Assembly: GCF_009914755.1 (NCBI RefSeq)
Contig: NC_060938.1
Length of the DNA stretch: 64,000 nucleotides
Origin: the human T2T-CHM13v2.0 reference genome, Homo sapiens
Strand: one strand, 5' to 3'
Made by a program: the position numbers and the translations under genes. Of this stretch, positions 25,282-44,136 are shown piece by piece. The first letter of the stretch is position 1; each line of letters starts with the position of its first letter. The notes beneath the pieces were generated by a model. That model ran no database searches and was not told where the DNA came from. It saw nothing but the letters and a program-made list of their open reading frames with translations.

Positions 25282-26219
25282 TAACTATCTCTTCCAGCTC
25301 TCCCGACTCCCTGCACGCCGGCTGCTGGGCCGCTTCTCTTCCTAGCGCAGCCTTCCTCACCCACAGACTTGAGGAAAGACACTCCAGTTGGTTCCCGTAT
25401 TCTCACAACCGAAGGGTTTCATAGTTGCCACGTAGGTTTTTCCCAGGATAGGTTGAGAAGTAATTGGGTAACTTCCTGTTAGTGGCTAAAGGGCGAATAC
25501 CTTTAAAAGAAATTTATGGAATTTTTTGATTCTGTCACATGTTCTAAGAAAGCCTTAGCAACGAAATGTGGGCATTTATATTAAAATGTTGAGCATTTTG
25601 AACTTGTTTACTCTAGATATGCATTATTTTTTAAATTAGCATTAGTTTAAATTCTTTAAAAATTTTAATCTTTTAAATAAATCAGATGTTAGCTATGACT
25701 ATATTAAATCTCATACAGTATTATAATAGGGAGAAAAATGGTTTCAAATAGGATCAGAACTTTTAAGACTTTATTATAAGGAGATTTTCAAAACCTCAGG
25801 CTTTTCATATGTTTAAAAAAAGGTTTGAGTCATGGGTCTTAGAGGCTTTTGAAAAATAACATTTAAGTTGTCAAAGGAATTTGGTTCTTAAGATATCCTT
25901 TGTTTTTAATATGGTGCACAAAGTTGACAGATTGTCCCTGCCGCAGTGTCCAGGGTCACCTCTGGGCAGCTGCTCCTGGCTTGGACGTATTTCTCATGAG
26001 GCAGACTTTTGCCAGCCACTCTGTGTAACTCTGACTTCCTAAATGGTGACCGACTTTTTAGAGACTGATTCCTAGTAAAACTATTTTACAAGTGATCCCA
26101 CTTTAAGTTCTGTGAGTAAGAAGTCTGATCACCTCAGGATGGTGAAACCGAGTTCTTCTGGAGAACATATTGGAAATAATAAAGTTATGTGCCTGATCAG
26201 TTGTTTCGTTACTCTGTCT

Positions 26220-30128
<3,909 letters not shown>

Positions 30129-30418
30129 CTAGATGAGCCACTTTTTAAAAGTGCAAGTCTAAGGACATTTTGAGTTTGCATATGGTACTTTAAAAGAAGC
30201 ATTTTGCTGTGAAAGATGCAGAGAAGCTGTGGTCTTTTCTCCTGGGCACTAAATAGAGTGAGACATAGGACTCCCCGGTTACCCAAGCAAGATGAAGGCA
30301 AGGTCCCTAGAGCCCCCAGTGTCACAGAGGCGTTGGAGGGGGCTTTGCTTGTGCTTCCTGTTGCTGGTTGACCGATGTGCTGATCGTTTGTCCTTGCATG
30401 TCCGTGTCCGGGTTGCAG

Positions 30419-30485
30419 CATGAAGCGTGCCAGCTCTCTGAATGTCCTTAACGTGGGTGGCAAGGCTGCTGAAGATCGCTTTCAA
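30419..30485 (+). CDS. KLC1: KLC1 alternative tail exon
   Basis: gttgcag| ... |gtaagg; 67 nt; (G)MKRASSLNVLNVGGKAAEDRFQ; phase matches the 25150-25280 exon. Confidence 0.92.
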
Positions 30486-31612
30486 GTAAGGAGCCTACCC
30501 CGAATTGTGTCCTAGGCTGCCCAGACCACGCTGGCAGGTCTGCTGCAGACCCGCACTCGGCCCCTGCTCGGCCCCTGCTCCTGCAGAGGGCTGGGGACGC
30601 CGCCACGTTTGTTCCTAGACAGACAGTTGTGACAGTAGTATTTTTATATTCTGCTTAACCACTGATTATGTGAATTATGGGCATGTTCACACTGTGAACA
30701 TTCTCAGAATATTAATTAATGATCTCAAATGGTCTTTAAAAATAGTTTAACCTAATTAATGTATTCTGTTAAAGTACTGTCAAAGCTCGACCAATTACTA
30801 GTTTGTATGATTGTTTGATTTTAGCCTCTACTAAGTTTATAACTATTAATAATTAATTGTCTACTTAAGCTGTTGTTCAGTGTTCAGAAGTATTCAAAAC
30901 TCTGTTAACATGATGACTAGCGTGCTGTCAGTTTGACACTAAAACCTGAAGCACTCGGTGCAGTTGCTCGGGCCTCACACAGACACATCAGGTTTACATC
31001 TGAAAGTACTGCCTCCCTTCCCCATCACGGAGGCCGTTTGAGTTTTCATCCACTCCGCCCTTTGGTGTGGCTGTCAGTGGGTGGCCGGGTGCCTGTGGCT
31101 GCTCTAGAACCTGTTTCTCAGGTGCCTGGGGCCCACCCGGCAGCTCGAGCTGTTGGGACTTGGCAGTTCCTGCCCCTGTGCTGGTGCTGAGAGTTCGCGA
31201 CAGTGGCCAGGCACTGCCCTCCCAGTTGTCCAGATCCACTAATCCTCACAGACAGGCCAGTGCCCCGACCTGTCCCCCAACACTCTTGGGAGGCAGCCAT
31301 CTCGGGAAAGCTTTTCCCCAGCCCCCTTCTCGGTGGCTGTTAAAGAGGCTTGTAGGGTGCTGGACATGTTGCTTGAAGCACCCCTAATGACAAGAGGAAA
31401 GAAAGTCTCTTCATTTTACAGGGTCCTGTAGCTGACCCAGTGTTTGCCCTCCAGTTTCTTGGAGTTTCTACATGCACATTGACCCCTGGGCCTCTCGAGT
31501 GCCAACCTAGATTTAGCTGTGCAGCTGGTACTGTTAGGCCTGAGGCCATTTGAAGCTGGCATCATTTGAAGTCCTGGTTAAGTGTAATTTTTCTATTTGT
31601 TTTTTCATGCAG

Positions 31613-31678
31613 GAACGAAATAATTGTCTGGCCGACTCGCGAGCTCTGAGTGCCAGCCACACTGACCTGGCCCACTGA
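31613..31678 (+). CDS. KLC1: KLC1 alternative C-terminal exon ERNNCLADSRALSASHTDLAH*
   Basis: tttttcatgcag|; 21 codons + TGA; possible donor ctag|gtaacc after 31694. Confidence 0.88.
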   Translation, partial: ERNNCLADSRALSASHTDLAH

Positions 31679-32255
31679 GAGCCAGCAGGGCTAGGTAACC
31701 TGTCTTGGGAGTGTGAGACCGCCCCGCCCTGCCACGCCCCTCACCGCCCTGCCCGGAGGCGCCAGCCGCACTCCTTGGCTTCCTTTCCTAGATAGTGACG
31801 TCCACCAACCTTGGAGGTGCCTTTTCAAAACACCCGGGAGGCCGTGCCTCAGCATTCTGTTACTCGGCCTGCAGCCCCAGTGCCAGGAGCCACCCCGACC
31901 GCGACCCGGCCAGGCTGGCTCAGGGAGGCCGAGGTGGCGCTGAGGTGGCTTCAGCACGCTGGGGATTGGCTCCTGCTCACGGATGCTGTTGCATTTCCTG
32001 CCTGCCACCTTTTTGCCATGACACCAGACTCTCTTTTAAATTGTAATATTGTAATAAGGCTGTAAATTAAGAATCTGGAAACATAAAGTACCCCTTTCAG
32101 AACGATAGGCATTTAGTGATCTATGGCAGTAAAGCCTGAAGCTTAGCGGACACTGGTCAGTGGGAAGTGAATTCCTTCCCAGCTGGAGCATCTTCCGGGT
32201 CTCTCTTTCCAAGGTCCCCATGCCTGTGGCCCTGGGGCCCCATGCCCCCTTTTGA

Positions 32256-32522
<267 letters not shown>

Positions 32523-33233
32523 TAAAAGCTTAAGCTTTATGGAATGAGGGAGCACGGTGGACTCTGACAGGAACCTTTTCAAATCAATGCTGAGGCTGTA
32601 TTTCTTAGCCGTCCACAAACTAGTCCATAGGTAAAGAGCATACAAAACAGACGCCGAGGTGATCAGTGATTCCAAAGGCTGACGCTCAGCAGCGCCACCT
32701 CCATGCCAGCCAACTAGGCTACGGGATGGAGGGGCGGTCTGTGAAACACCAGCCATCCCGTGAAAGCTCAGCTTGCCACTGTCATGTAACAGGGTGGGTG
32801 GTGGCACAGCAGAGGCTCACACTTGTCACCTTCAGCCTCTAGAAGCTCCCCGTGGGGCACGAAGGCTGGGGACAGAGTGTCCTGAGGTTTTGTTACAAGG
32901 CTAGACTTTAAAATACCTTTCAAAGTTTCATCCCGCCTCATGTCGCAGGACTGCTGTGTTTGTGAAAGCGCGTTTGTTTCCACAAGACAAGCTCCGTGTA
33001 GTCGCCAGCGGGTGCCTGGCCCAGGAGCTGCCCTGTGGAGCCAGCGTTGTCCCCGAGCTGCTCGCCTGTGGCCGTGGCTCCTTTTCTGAGGCTCCTGACT
33101 CCATTCTTGCAGATTCTGGTGGATCAGGAGCTTACATTCTAAATGCTACATAGAGGTGTTGAAGAAAATTTCATAGGTTCTGTAATAGTGGATGGGATTA
33201 AAAGAAAAAATGTTAAATTATATATATATATAT

Positions 33234-33437
33234 GGCTGGGTGCGGTGGTTCATGCCAGTAATCCTATAATCTTAGCACTTTGGGAGGCTGAGGCGGGAGG
33301 ATCACTTGAGCCCAGTTCAAGAACAGCTTGGGCAACACAGCGAGTCCCTGTGTCTAGCAAAAAAAACCATGTGTATATATATATATATGTGTGTGTGTGT
33401 ATATATATATATATACATACATATATATACATATATA
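33234..33437 (+). repeat. Alu left monomer (33234-33366) followed by a (TA)n/(TG)n microsatellite
   Basis: monomer with A tail then gtgtatatatat...gtgtgtgt...atacatat. Confidence 0.85.
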
Positions 33438-35504
33438 ATTTGATGGGTTGTGAGAAGCCAACCCCCCCCAAAAAAAGGGGGGTGTAGAGCAGCTTCCCCT
33501 GACAGGTGCCGTGGCTGCCCCCGTAGTGGGCTATGTCTGTGCACAGGCGACAGGGAGGAGGGCTCCGGAGCTTCCCTTGTGGTGGGGGTGCCTTCTCCCT
33601 GTGAGGATGCTGAGCAGAGTTTGGAACCCAGACAGTTTCCCTTAGTGACAGTTATCTGGAAAGGAAAAAGGGCATTTAGAAGGAATAAACATAGGGCTGA
33701 ATATGGAGTTGAATTTTAACCTCTTCAGACTGATGGGTGCAGACGAGGTTGTGTGGGGCCTCTGTGGAGCCTGCTGTGGCTTCCAGCCATGGGACTTTAG
33801 GGCCGAGGTGGCCTCTGCAGCACTGTGGCTGTGGGAGCACTGTGTGTTGGGGTAAGAGAAGCCAGGGGGCCTCCCTGAAGCCAGCTCATAAAGGAAGGTT
33901 CGTGTTTCAGAGGGAGGCGGCAAGGGAATCTGAGTACCTGAGTCCCCGATGTTTGAACCCTTCCACCCAATAGAAGTGCAGTGATTTCAGCCATTTCCCA
34001 TCTGGCGGTCTGAATTTTTCCCTTCAGAGGAGAGAAGTGGTGGGCCCAGGCATCCCTCCTCCTGTGTGTGGTCGTTCTGGTGAGAGGAACCCCGCGCGAG
34101 AGTCAGCACCTGTTTCTTCAGAGTTGCTGTCAAAATAATCACTGCGCCCCGCCCCCCCCCACAGCAGCCGTGTGTGCAGCGCCCGTCCCCAGCAACCATG
34201 GCATGGGAGCGTCTGGATCTGTGGGCGGACAGCATATCTCTGGGTAGTTGGTGCAGCTGTGGCAGAAATCAGGCCCCTGGGGAAGTCCTGTGACATGGAT
34301 GCTTCCCTGAAGCAGCAGCAGTGTGTGGCTCAGGGGTCCTCAGAGGCCGGTGGTGCCCGCGGGTGGCACGGGGCACTCTCATGGGCAGCACTTGGTCTTG
34401 TGTTTACAGTATTGGAGGGATTCACATCGTTATTTTCTGGATTAAGCTGCTAGGAGTATCATGTACTTAGAAATTCAGTGTTTATAGTAAGATGTATTAA
34501 ACATTGCTAATGATGTATGGTTACAATGTATAACAGGTTTTCCATTGTCATAACTGTATGGAATTTTCTTGGAGGATGTCATTAGCTTCTGTTTGCACTG
34601 ACTTGTGAGCTGTGTGTACGCTGTGGTCAGATTTCTGAATGCTGTAGAGCACTTACCAGCTCTGACCGTGTCTTGCTGGGGCCAGCAGGCTGCGTGTGCA
34701 GCGGGGCCAGCTGTCTCAGGGCTGATATGTAGACGTGTATTCTGTTTACAATTAGTTCCCCAACTCTGTGGGGAAGAACTTAAGCGGTTTTAGTGTTTTA
34801 TAATATGGTGAGGCAATGAGGGTCAGGGCGCGTGGTCCCTGAGGGAGGGTCTTCAGGGCAAGACCCATGGCCCTGGCCTGGAACTGTGCTCCCCAGGGCG
34901 TGGTGCCTCCCTAAGGGGATGGTCAGTGTTCCTGGGACTGACTGCCAGGCCAGCCCGTCTGCAGACTCCTGTGGTGGGAGTTCCCTGGGACAGGAAGCCC
35001 CTCGGCCCCTTCCCTCCAGGGGCAGGAACTGAGCCAGCATGGGCGGGGCCGGCCGAGCTTCCAGGCGTGTTTTCTCTGTTAAATGTACCTCTGTCTTTAA
35101 GCTGTCTCATTTTCTAATCGCTGGCATGTCTTGCCTAGAAAAGCATTTGGAATTGCTTATGTTCAATTACAGAAATAAAATGTCTTACTTGCCATTGTAG
35201 AATTCCTGCACTTTTGCAGAAAGGCTGTTTTGTAAAAATCCAACCCCAAAATAACTTTTTCCCATGTTCATGCCAGTGATTCTTAACTTTAGGGTCATAG
35301 AGAGCCTTGATAACATGATGAAGGTTTAAACGGATTGTCCCACCCTGGAAAACGGCAAACAGAAAAATTCTGCACAGTATGGCCCCAGCCCTTACCTTTC
35401 CCCCAACCAGTGCCAGCCCCCCTTCCTCCCACTGTAGGAGCACCCACAGGCTCACCCTGGGCACATAAGGTGGGGGGTGACAATTTCTGCCTCTGGGTTG
35501 TGGG

Positions 35505-35735
35505 AGGAGTCAAGCTACTTAACGGTTCTGGGCCTGAATTTCCCTACCTGCAAGTGGAGATGTAACAGTACCTATCCCTAGGAGTTGTGAGGAGAACATA
35601 CTTCAATGTGCATAAATTACTCAGAGCAGTGCCTGGCAGACAGCAAGAAGCAGGTCCTGGAACTGCATCCATTGAACATTTATTTGTCAAAGGCCTGGTC
35701 TGTGCCAGGCAGCATGTGGAGGCACTGAGTGGGGG
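35505..35735. mobile_element. MIR remnant abutting an oppositely oriented L2/MIR-type 3' end
   Basis: tttccctacctgcaagtggagat...cagtgcctggcagacagcaag, then atttatttg...tgtgccaggc...ggcactg. Confidence 0.6.
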
Positions 35736-36844
35736 GTGGAGGGGGTTGTACGGTGGGAATCAAGGGGGTCACCACTGTGCCCATGGGGAGGCCACGCCAC
35801 TCTGCCTGCTGGGTGGATATTTCAGCCTGTGCAGCCAGATGTGTTCCCAGGAGGCTCTGCTTTCCAGCCAGATGTAAGGCCTGGCCACAGTGTGGGACTG
35901 GGTCTGCACAGTGTGGGACTGCAGGACAGGGTCCTGCAGGTGGCCCTGCCAGGAGTCCTGCCATATCCCTACCAGAATACCACCCAGCCAGGCCAGGGCT
36001 GAGCTGGACGCCCAGACCCCCAGGGCCAGGATACACCGGGACCCTCCTTCCTCTCAACCTCGGATCCTCTTTGCCCAGAACTGTGTTCCCAGGTGGCTGA
36101 CGAGCCTGTCACGTGCCAGCCCTGCGCTGCCTGCGCTCCTCTGACCGGCTGTGGTGCTGGCACAGGCCACACTACTAGAGACAAGGCAGTCCCCCCACCC
36201 CCAGGCTCTCCTGGACCCTGACACTGGAGGTTGGTGGGATATGCTTTCTCCACCTTGTACCACACTGAAGTTTTGTGGGGCACAGTGTGTGCCGAGGTGG
36301 GGCCCCCGGGAGCCAAGGACCCAGAGGTGGGTGAGGAGGAGCCGCCTGCCTGCAGCCCCACTGTGGCCTGAGTGGTGGGGGAGTAAGGACTGCCCTGTGT
36401 GCAGGAGGGGAGACCCTCGTGGGCACGGTCCCAAGGCTGAGGGGGTCTGAGGCCCCAGCCCAGGGGGCAGGCCTCAGACGCAACCCCAGTTGGGCTTCCA
36501 TGTGGAGAGAAGAAGCAGGCGGCTCCCAGGGAGTCACTGTAGGACACCCCAGGCTCCAGCCCTGAGAATCACCTCTCCCCAAGGGCCAGCTCAGCAGTGG
36601 GGACCAGGTACCCAGCAAGCGGGCCTGTCCCCAGACCCAGGGAGAGGCAGAACATCCCCCCAGCTCAGATGGGGGTCAGTCTGTGGCCACCATCTTCGGA
36701 TGAGAAAGTGGAGCCGCTGCCCTGGAAGAGCTGTGTCTGAACCAGGCTCCCAGCTGTGCCACGGCCCAGGCAGACGCGTTTTAAAGGCCCGAGCCCCGTG
36801 TGTCGGGGCTTCTCAGGCAGGGCTGTTGTGCAGCCGCCACCGTG
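35660..36844 (-). other. XRCC3: XRCC3 3'UTR
   Basis: runs from the stop codon (36845-36847) to a minus-strand AATAAA at 35679-35684; cleavage site approximate. Confidence 0.75.
35679..35684 (-). terminator. XRCC3: XRCC3 polyadenylation signal AATAAA
   Basis: tttatt on + strand; first canonical hexamer seen downstream of the XRCC3 stop. Confidence 0.75.
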
Positions 36845-37226
<382 letters not shown>

Positions 37227-37383
37227 CTGGAAGAGCACAGTCCAGGTCAGCTGCAACGGCTGAGGGTCTTCTCGATGGTTAGGCACAGGCTGCTACCCGC
37301 AGGAGCCGGAGGCCACCTCACTGCCACCCGCCCCACCTCCAGACCGGCTCTGCTTCCGCATCCTGGCTAAAAATACGAGCTCA

Positions 37384-37638
<255 letters not shown>

Positions 37639-38701
37639 TCATTGTCTATGCTGGTCAGCAAGTCCCCGCCCCAGGTGACCAGACCCCGTTTGGACTGTCA
37701 CTCGACCGTCTGAAAACCTTCCTACCCACCTGGGGCTCACAGTGCCCATACTCTGTAGTCCCCATACTCTGAGCCCAATTCTGTATTTTTCTCAAAGAGG
37801 CCCCAACTATAGAAGCTTCAGGCTCACACAACTGGTTCCCTTGGCCCCATGTCCTTCCTCTGGCCCCCCCAGGCAGTCACCCCTTGGCTGTGCCAACACC
37901 GTCCTCTGTAGAGGTGTCCTTTGCGCAGGCTCCTGAGTCCTTGCGGGGGTCTGCTCTCCTTCTGCCATGGTTTCACCCTCTCCCCCTCACAGGTCAGCAG
38001 CAACCAGCCCCCTCCTTCAGTGGCCCCGCACCAGGTACTCAGACCACCCAAACCTGGCCACAGTGCCACCAAAGCCAGCCCGTGGTGGCCATGACCTCTT
38101 CAGACGCTCAGCAAGGCAGGGGCCTGATGCCCTTCAGGCGTTACTCAGGCGAGTCAGGCCTGGCCTGCCTCTGCCAAGGCGTGGGGCACTCTGGGAGACC
38201 ACCTGGGGGTCAGGATGGGGCTGTAGGTTGAGACACCCTCAAGGCCAGTGCCTCCCGTGCATCCAGGCCTTAGCCCTGTGCTCTGAGCTGGCCTGGCCTG
38301 GCCAAGGGGTGGAAACAGCCCTGTGCCCACCAGCTCCCAGGAGAGCTTCCAGGGGAGGACCCCCCCAGTGAAGGCAGGTGTCCTCGGCCTCCCTCTGGGT
38401 GCTGCCGTGGCCTGTGGGTGCCAGAGCCATTGGCATGGCTGGTCTGGCCTCTGACCGCACAGCTTGGTGAGCCATGGTGATGGGGGAGGGTGACACAGCT
38501 GCTCCTGGCACCAAGCAGTGTAGTTCAGGCCCCACGGGCCTTGCCAGCAGCTCTGGCCAGATGGAGGCTGCTAAGGGGCCCCTAGGCTGTCCCTCAAGTC
38601 CAAGGTCTGCAGCCACACGCTGGTGTCACGCCCGGAGCTCTGAAGACGCCTGAGGGCCGCCTGCACGCCCTGAGTGAAACTCGTCTGTGCTTCATCTCCA
38701 G

Positions 38702-38774
38702 GGCGTCTCTGGCCGAGCCTCTTTTTGTGGAAAACGACAGCAGCAGCAGTGGCCTGGAAGACGCCACCGCTAAC
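38702..38774 (+). CDS. KLC1: KLC1 distal dual-frame exon: GVSGRASFCGKRQQQQWPGRRHR* or (G)ASLAEPLFVENDSSSSGLEDATAN
   Basis: ttcatctccag| ... c|gtgagt; both frames open and both match remembered KLC1 isoform tails. Confidence 0.92.
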
Positions 38775-39247
38775 GTGAGTCCCATGGCCTGCAGCCCCAG
38801 GAAGCAGGCAGCTGGGCCAGGGAGGGACTTTGCACATGCAGGGACTGGGGGGAGCTGGGGATGGGCAAGTGGTGACTGCTGCTAGCTGCCAGGCTGGGCC
38901 TCCAAGAGGGGCTTGGCTCAGGGTCCCCATCCTCATGCAAGCCCAAGGGCCACAGAGTGGGGGGGTGGGAATGGCACCAGGCTCTGCTTATGCAAGAGAA
39001 GGCTCTGTGTCCACACCCCTGGCTTCCCCCGTGCCAGACGCAGGCCTTTGGTGCTCCAGGGAGCAGAGACCAAAGACGCACCAGTCCCCCATGACCCCTC
39101 GGCCCCAGGGAGGCTCACAACCAGCAACACCCTCTTCTCTAGGCAGACTTGGGGTGGGGGTTCCCCAGAGAGCTGTTTCCAGAACAGAACTTAGTAACAC
39201 TGTCAGGTTTTGGCGGCCCAGCCCTGACCTTCTATCTTCTCTTGCAG

Positions 39248-39595
39248 TGACCCCAACCTGGCCCCGCTCCAGGGTGGGACTGCCGAGTGTGGCCCGGAGC
39301 TGGCCCGGGACAGCCAGGGCGGCAGGGAGGGCCCCTGGCCGGGAGCCGCAGCGCTCACTCATTTCTCCTGCGTCTGTGTGCATAGGACATGATACTAATA
39401 ACCACACGGCTGGCGTGACCTTGGGGCTGGGGCTGGGCCTAAGCTGGTGCCCTGGTGCGGCGTGGTCTCTCCCAGGAGACCTGGGGCATGAGCTGGGCCC
39501 ACGGCTCCCTTCCCATGTGTAACTTCCTCACGTTGTGTGCGATAACGTATTTTATTGTACATTTTTTTAAATTAAAAGTTTATATGCCTTATGCT
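39248..39595 (+). other. KLC1: KLC1 distal terminal exon (begins with TGA; 3'UTR)
   Basis: ctgac branch point + pyrimidine tract + cttgcag|TGA; ATTAAA at 39571-39576; 3' end approximate. Confidence 0.85.
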
Positions 39596-39637
39596 TTACT
39601 TGAAAGTTTTTATAAGACCTCTTAGAAGTGGGGGAAG

Positions 39638-39930
<293 letters not shown>

Positions 39931-40766
39931 GAGAAGTGGGGGAAGGCCCACCCAGGAGCTGCTCTGCCAGGCCACAGCCATGTCTAGGGTGGGCTGGACA
40001 TGGCAGCCGCTCCCCCTGCACAGGGTGGAATTTCCTTACTTGCCTTTGGTCAGGGGTTTACTCCCAAACGTCCCATCTTTTCTTCTGCGTCTTTTCTACT
40101 TCATCACTTCTCCCTCCCAGGATGATGTCTATAAACTAAGCACTGACAGCTCACAGCACTGCTGCCCCAGCTGCAGGGATGGGTCCCAGCCTCTCTTGCC
40201 TGCTTCTTGGCTACAGGACGGACTCCACTGGCCCCCGGTGAGTGGCCCCTGCTCTCTGCAAGGCCCTGCCATAGGTCCCTCCTCCAAGCCCAGCCAGTGT
40301 CTGCAGGGAAGCCAGCAGCCAGGCAGTGGTCAAGGATCTGAGGTCACCTGTCTGAGCTGGGTGCCCAGCAGGCCTTGGCCAGGTGGAGCCCCTGTGCCCC
40401 TAGTGAGGGCTGTCTTCCCCTCAGAGGCAAGGGGAAACCAACACAGCTATCTCACCAGGGCAGCAGCCTGGAGAGCAGGTCGCATCCTTCTCAGGGCGGT
40501 GGTCTCCTGGGGCAGCTGGTCAGGGGCCCACAGCCCAGAGGAGGTCCTTGCCACCCGCCTGGGGCTTCTCTTCCCCACTCCGTCTTCATGGGCAAGGTTG
40601 ACAGATGGTGTACAGGCGCCCAGTTACATCTGAGTTTCAGATCATGAAGAAAGTTGATCTGAATATGGGCATCCTCATTCTAGAACACGCTTCAAAGCTG
40701 CCTGAGATTCAGATGTAACTGGGTGTCGCAGCCTGCCGCCCTGCCTGCCTGGCCCACAGCCACTCC

Positions 40767-41190
40767 TGGCCAGGATTCTGTTTGGCCAAACTGCCGTCAG
40801 GCTCCTGAGCCTCCTCCTAGGCCCATCTGTGCACGTCCTCATGAAATCCAGTTTTGGCAATCCCTGCTGAGATTGTAGCAGGACCCCTGCTCTCCGTATC
40901 CAGTCGCCCTCAGTAGCTGACTGGTCCATCCTCCACAGTCCCCAGAGGCCGTCTGATCCCCAAGGCACACCTTCAGCAAGGGTCCTGGCAGGATGCTTTA
41001 GCCAGAATTCCCTCCCCTGCCAGTTCCTCTCAGTCACTCTCCATCCTCTGACCCCACCTGCTCCTCGGGCGTAAACCCCCATGACCCATGCTGTGTTCAG
41101 AGCTGAGCCCCAACTCTCCCTGCCCTGCTGTGAGACCCCATTGCCGTGGTGGCTACACCTGCCCCAATGGTCCTGAATAGCTTGCCTTGG
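40767..41190 (+). mobile_element. Solo ERV1 LTR, MER67-like (copy 1)
   Basis: ttggccaaact..gtcaggctcctgagcctcctcctaggcccatctgtgcac...gacccattg...aatggtcctgaata resembles remembered MER67; colinear with 50913-51367. Confidence 0.75.
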
Positions 41191-41198
41191 GGGTGTCA

Positions 41199-41438
<240 letters not shown>

Positions 41439-41864
41439 TCAAGTGCAGATGTCTCCCGCCATTTCTAACTCTCTGCCCCTCACAGGTTCTTTGCCCCTCG
41501 CCTGGGGAGGGAGGAGGCTGGTGCTTTTTCTCACCCTCCCACTGGCAGCCACCTCCGGGGCCAGGTGACCCCTCAGGAGGAATATGGGCTGGGTCTCCAC
41601 TTCTGACACCCAGGCAAGGACTTCCCCTGTCCTGGGCCCTGGGCTGGAATGGCCACAGATGGGAGGCCTCTCCTGCTCCACCCTGCCCCTCCTTCCCCCT
41701 GTGAACCTCCGTTCCCCACTGCAGGGCAGGGAGCAAGTGGCAGCATCAGGGCAACGCCTTCTGGAAATGGCCCCTGAGCCCCGACACATGGCCACCCTCA
41801 AGGCCCCCACTGAGCAAGCGTTTCCTCTCTTCAAAGCTCCTGCAATCTGGGCTCCATGGTGAAA

Positions 41865-42822
<958 letters not shown>

Positions 42823-44136
42823 AGGAAGGCTTAGGGGGACTGATTTGAGTAATAATAAAACTCCAGTTTCCTGCAAAACAAAAACAAAAAGACAAGGCCG
42901 GCGAGCTCTCTAAGCACTGACTATGCCAGGAAGGCTGCCCAGCCAGGACCCCGTGGCCCACGGGGCGTCGTCCTGTTCCTGCAGTGGCACATGCAGTTGT
43001 GGGAGAGCCAGTGCCCCCACGCCGTGTCATGCAGCCTGTTTGTGAGTGTCCGCGTAACCTTTAATTCTGAGCTGATTTTGCTTTGACAGAATTTCAAACG
43101 TAAAGAAGAGTTGCAAAAATGGGTCAGGAACCCCCCGCCCCATTCTGTGTCAGAACTAAGCTTCTGAGAAGCATCTGGCCCGCTTGAGGCCAGGAACGTA
43201 TAAATACTGCCTTGGGAGGCCACATCCCTTTTGTGGCTGGTTCCCTTCCCCACCAGTGTCCCCAGCAGTGACTGTGCCCCTAGTCAGGAGCCACAGGAAG
43301 GTCGGGGCCCTGGGCTTCCTCCGTCCTGTTGGCTGGAGAGAGGCTGGGCTGGAAGGCTCGGAAGCAGGTGGAACCGGTCAAGCAGCGTGTTTTTGTTGGG
43401 GTGACGTTATGTAGGGGCTGCACAGTCATGGGGACATCGTGAAGCTGGCAGGAGGGTGGCTGTGGACAGCCCAGCGGTGGGCGGGGCCCCAGCAGGCCTG
43501 GGAGAGCCTCACGCGGCTTAAGCACGGGAGTCGGAATCACTTCAGAGCCCGCCTGCCGCTTTCTTTTCAAAATTCGGGCCTTTAGATTGGATCCAGGAAA
43601 GGAAGTCATTTCCCCAGGAAAGCACATCTGACCCCTAACCTTGCATGTGGTCACGGTGGCCGTGGGGCCCCCTCCCTTCCCCTGGCCCGCAAGGCTGGAC
43701 TGTGCTGTCATCCCGCAGCAGTCACTGGGCTGGGCACAGCTGGGGGATTCAGGGAGGGTGTCCTAAGGCTTCTGTGTCCCTGGGTATCGGGGAGTGTGGG
43801 CTTCACTGAAAAGGCCAACGGGGTGGAAGCTGAGGGGGAGTCATTGCACAAATCAGATTTGCACGAAGCCTGGCACGGAGGACGCTGGAGAATGAGGGCG
43901 GCTCCCGTCCCGTTCCTGAGCACGCTCGAGTCCCGCCTCCACCTCACAGCAGCTCTTCCGTGCGGTAAGCGGGAGACTCCCATTTTCAAGGCCAACTCCT
44001 GTCCTCCCGGCTTCTGGCTGTCTCCAGGCTCATCCCCAAGACCAGCCGCAGGGACTCAGGCACCTGACAAGAGGGTGCCCTCCCCTGGGCTGCAGGGACA
44101 AAAATGCCTGTGGCGTGAGCAGACCCCAGCTGGGCT

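Noticed and set aside
30905-31010. C/D-box snoRNA candidate (ATGATGA ... CTGA)
   Set aside because: No terminal stem and no recognisable rRNA/snRNA guide; the nearest D box gives only 40 nt.
35886-35921. cacagtgtgggactg repeated at 21-bp spacing in the XRCC3 3'UTR
   Set aside because: Simple two-copy micro-duplication with nothing to suggest function.
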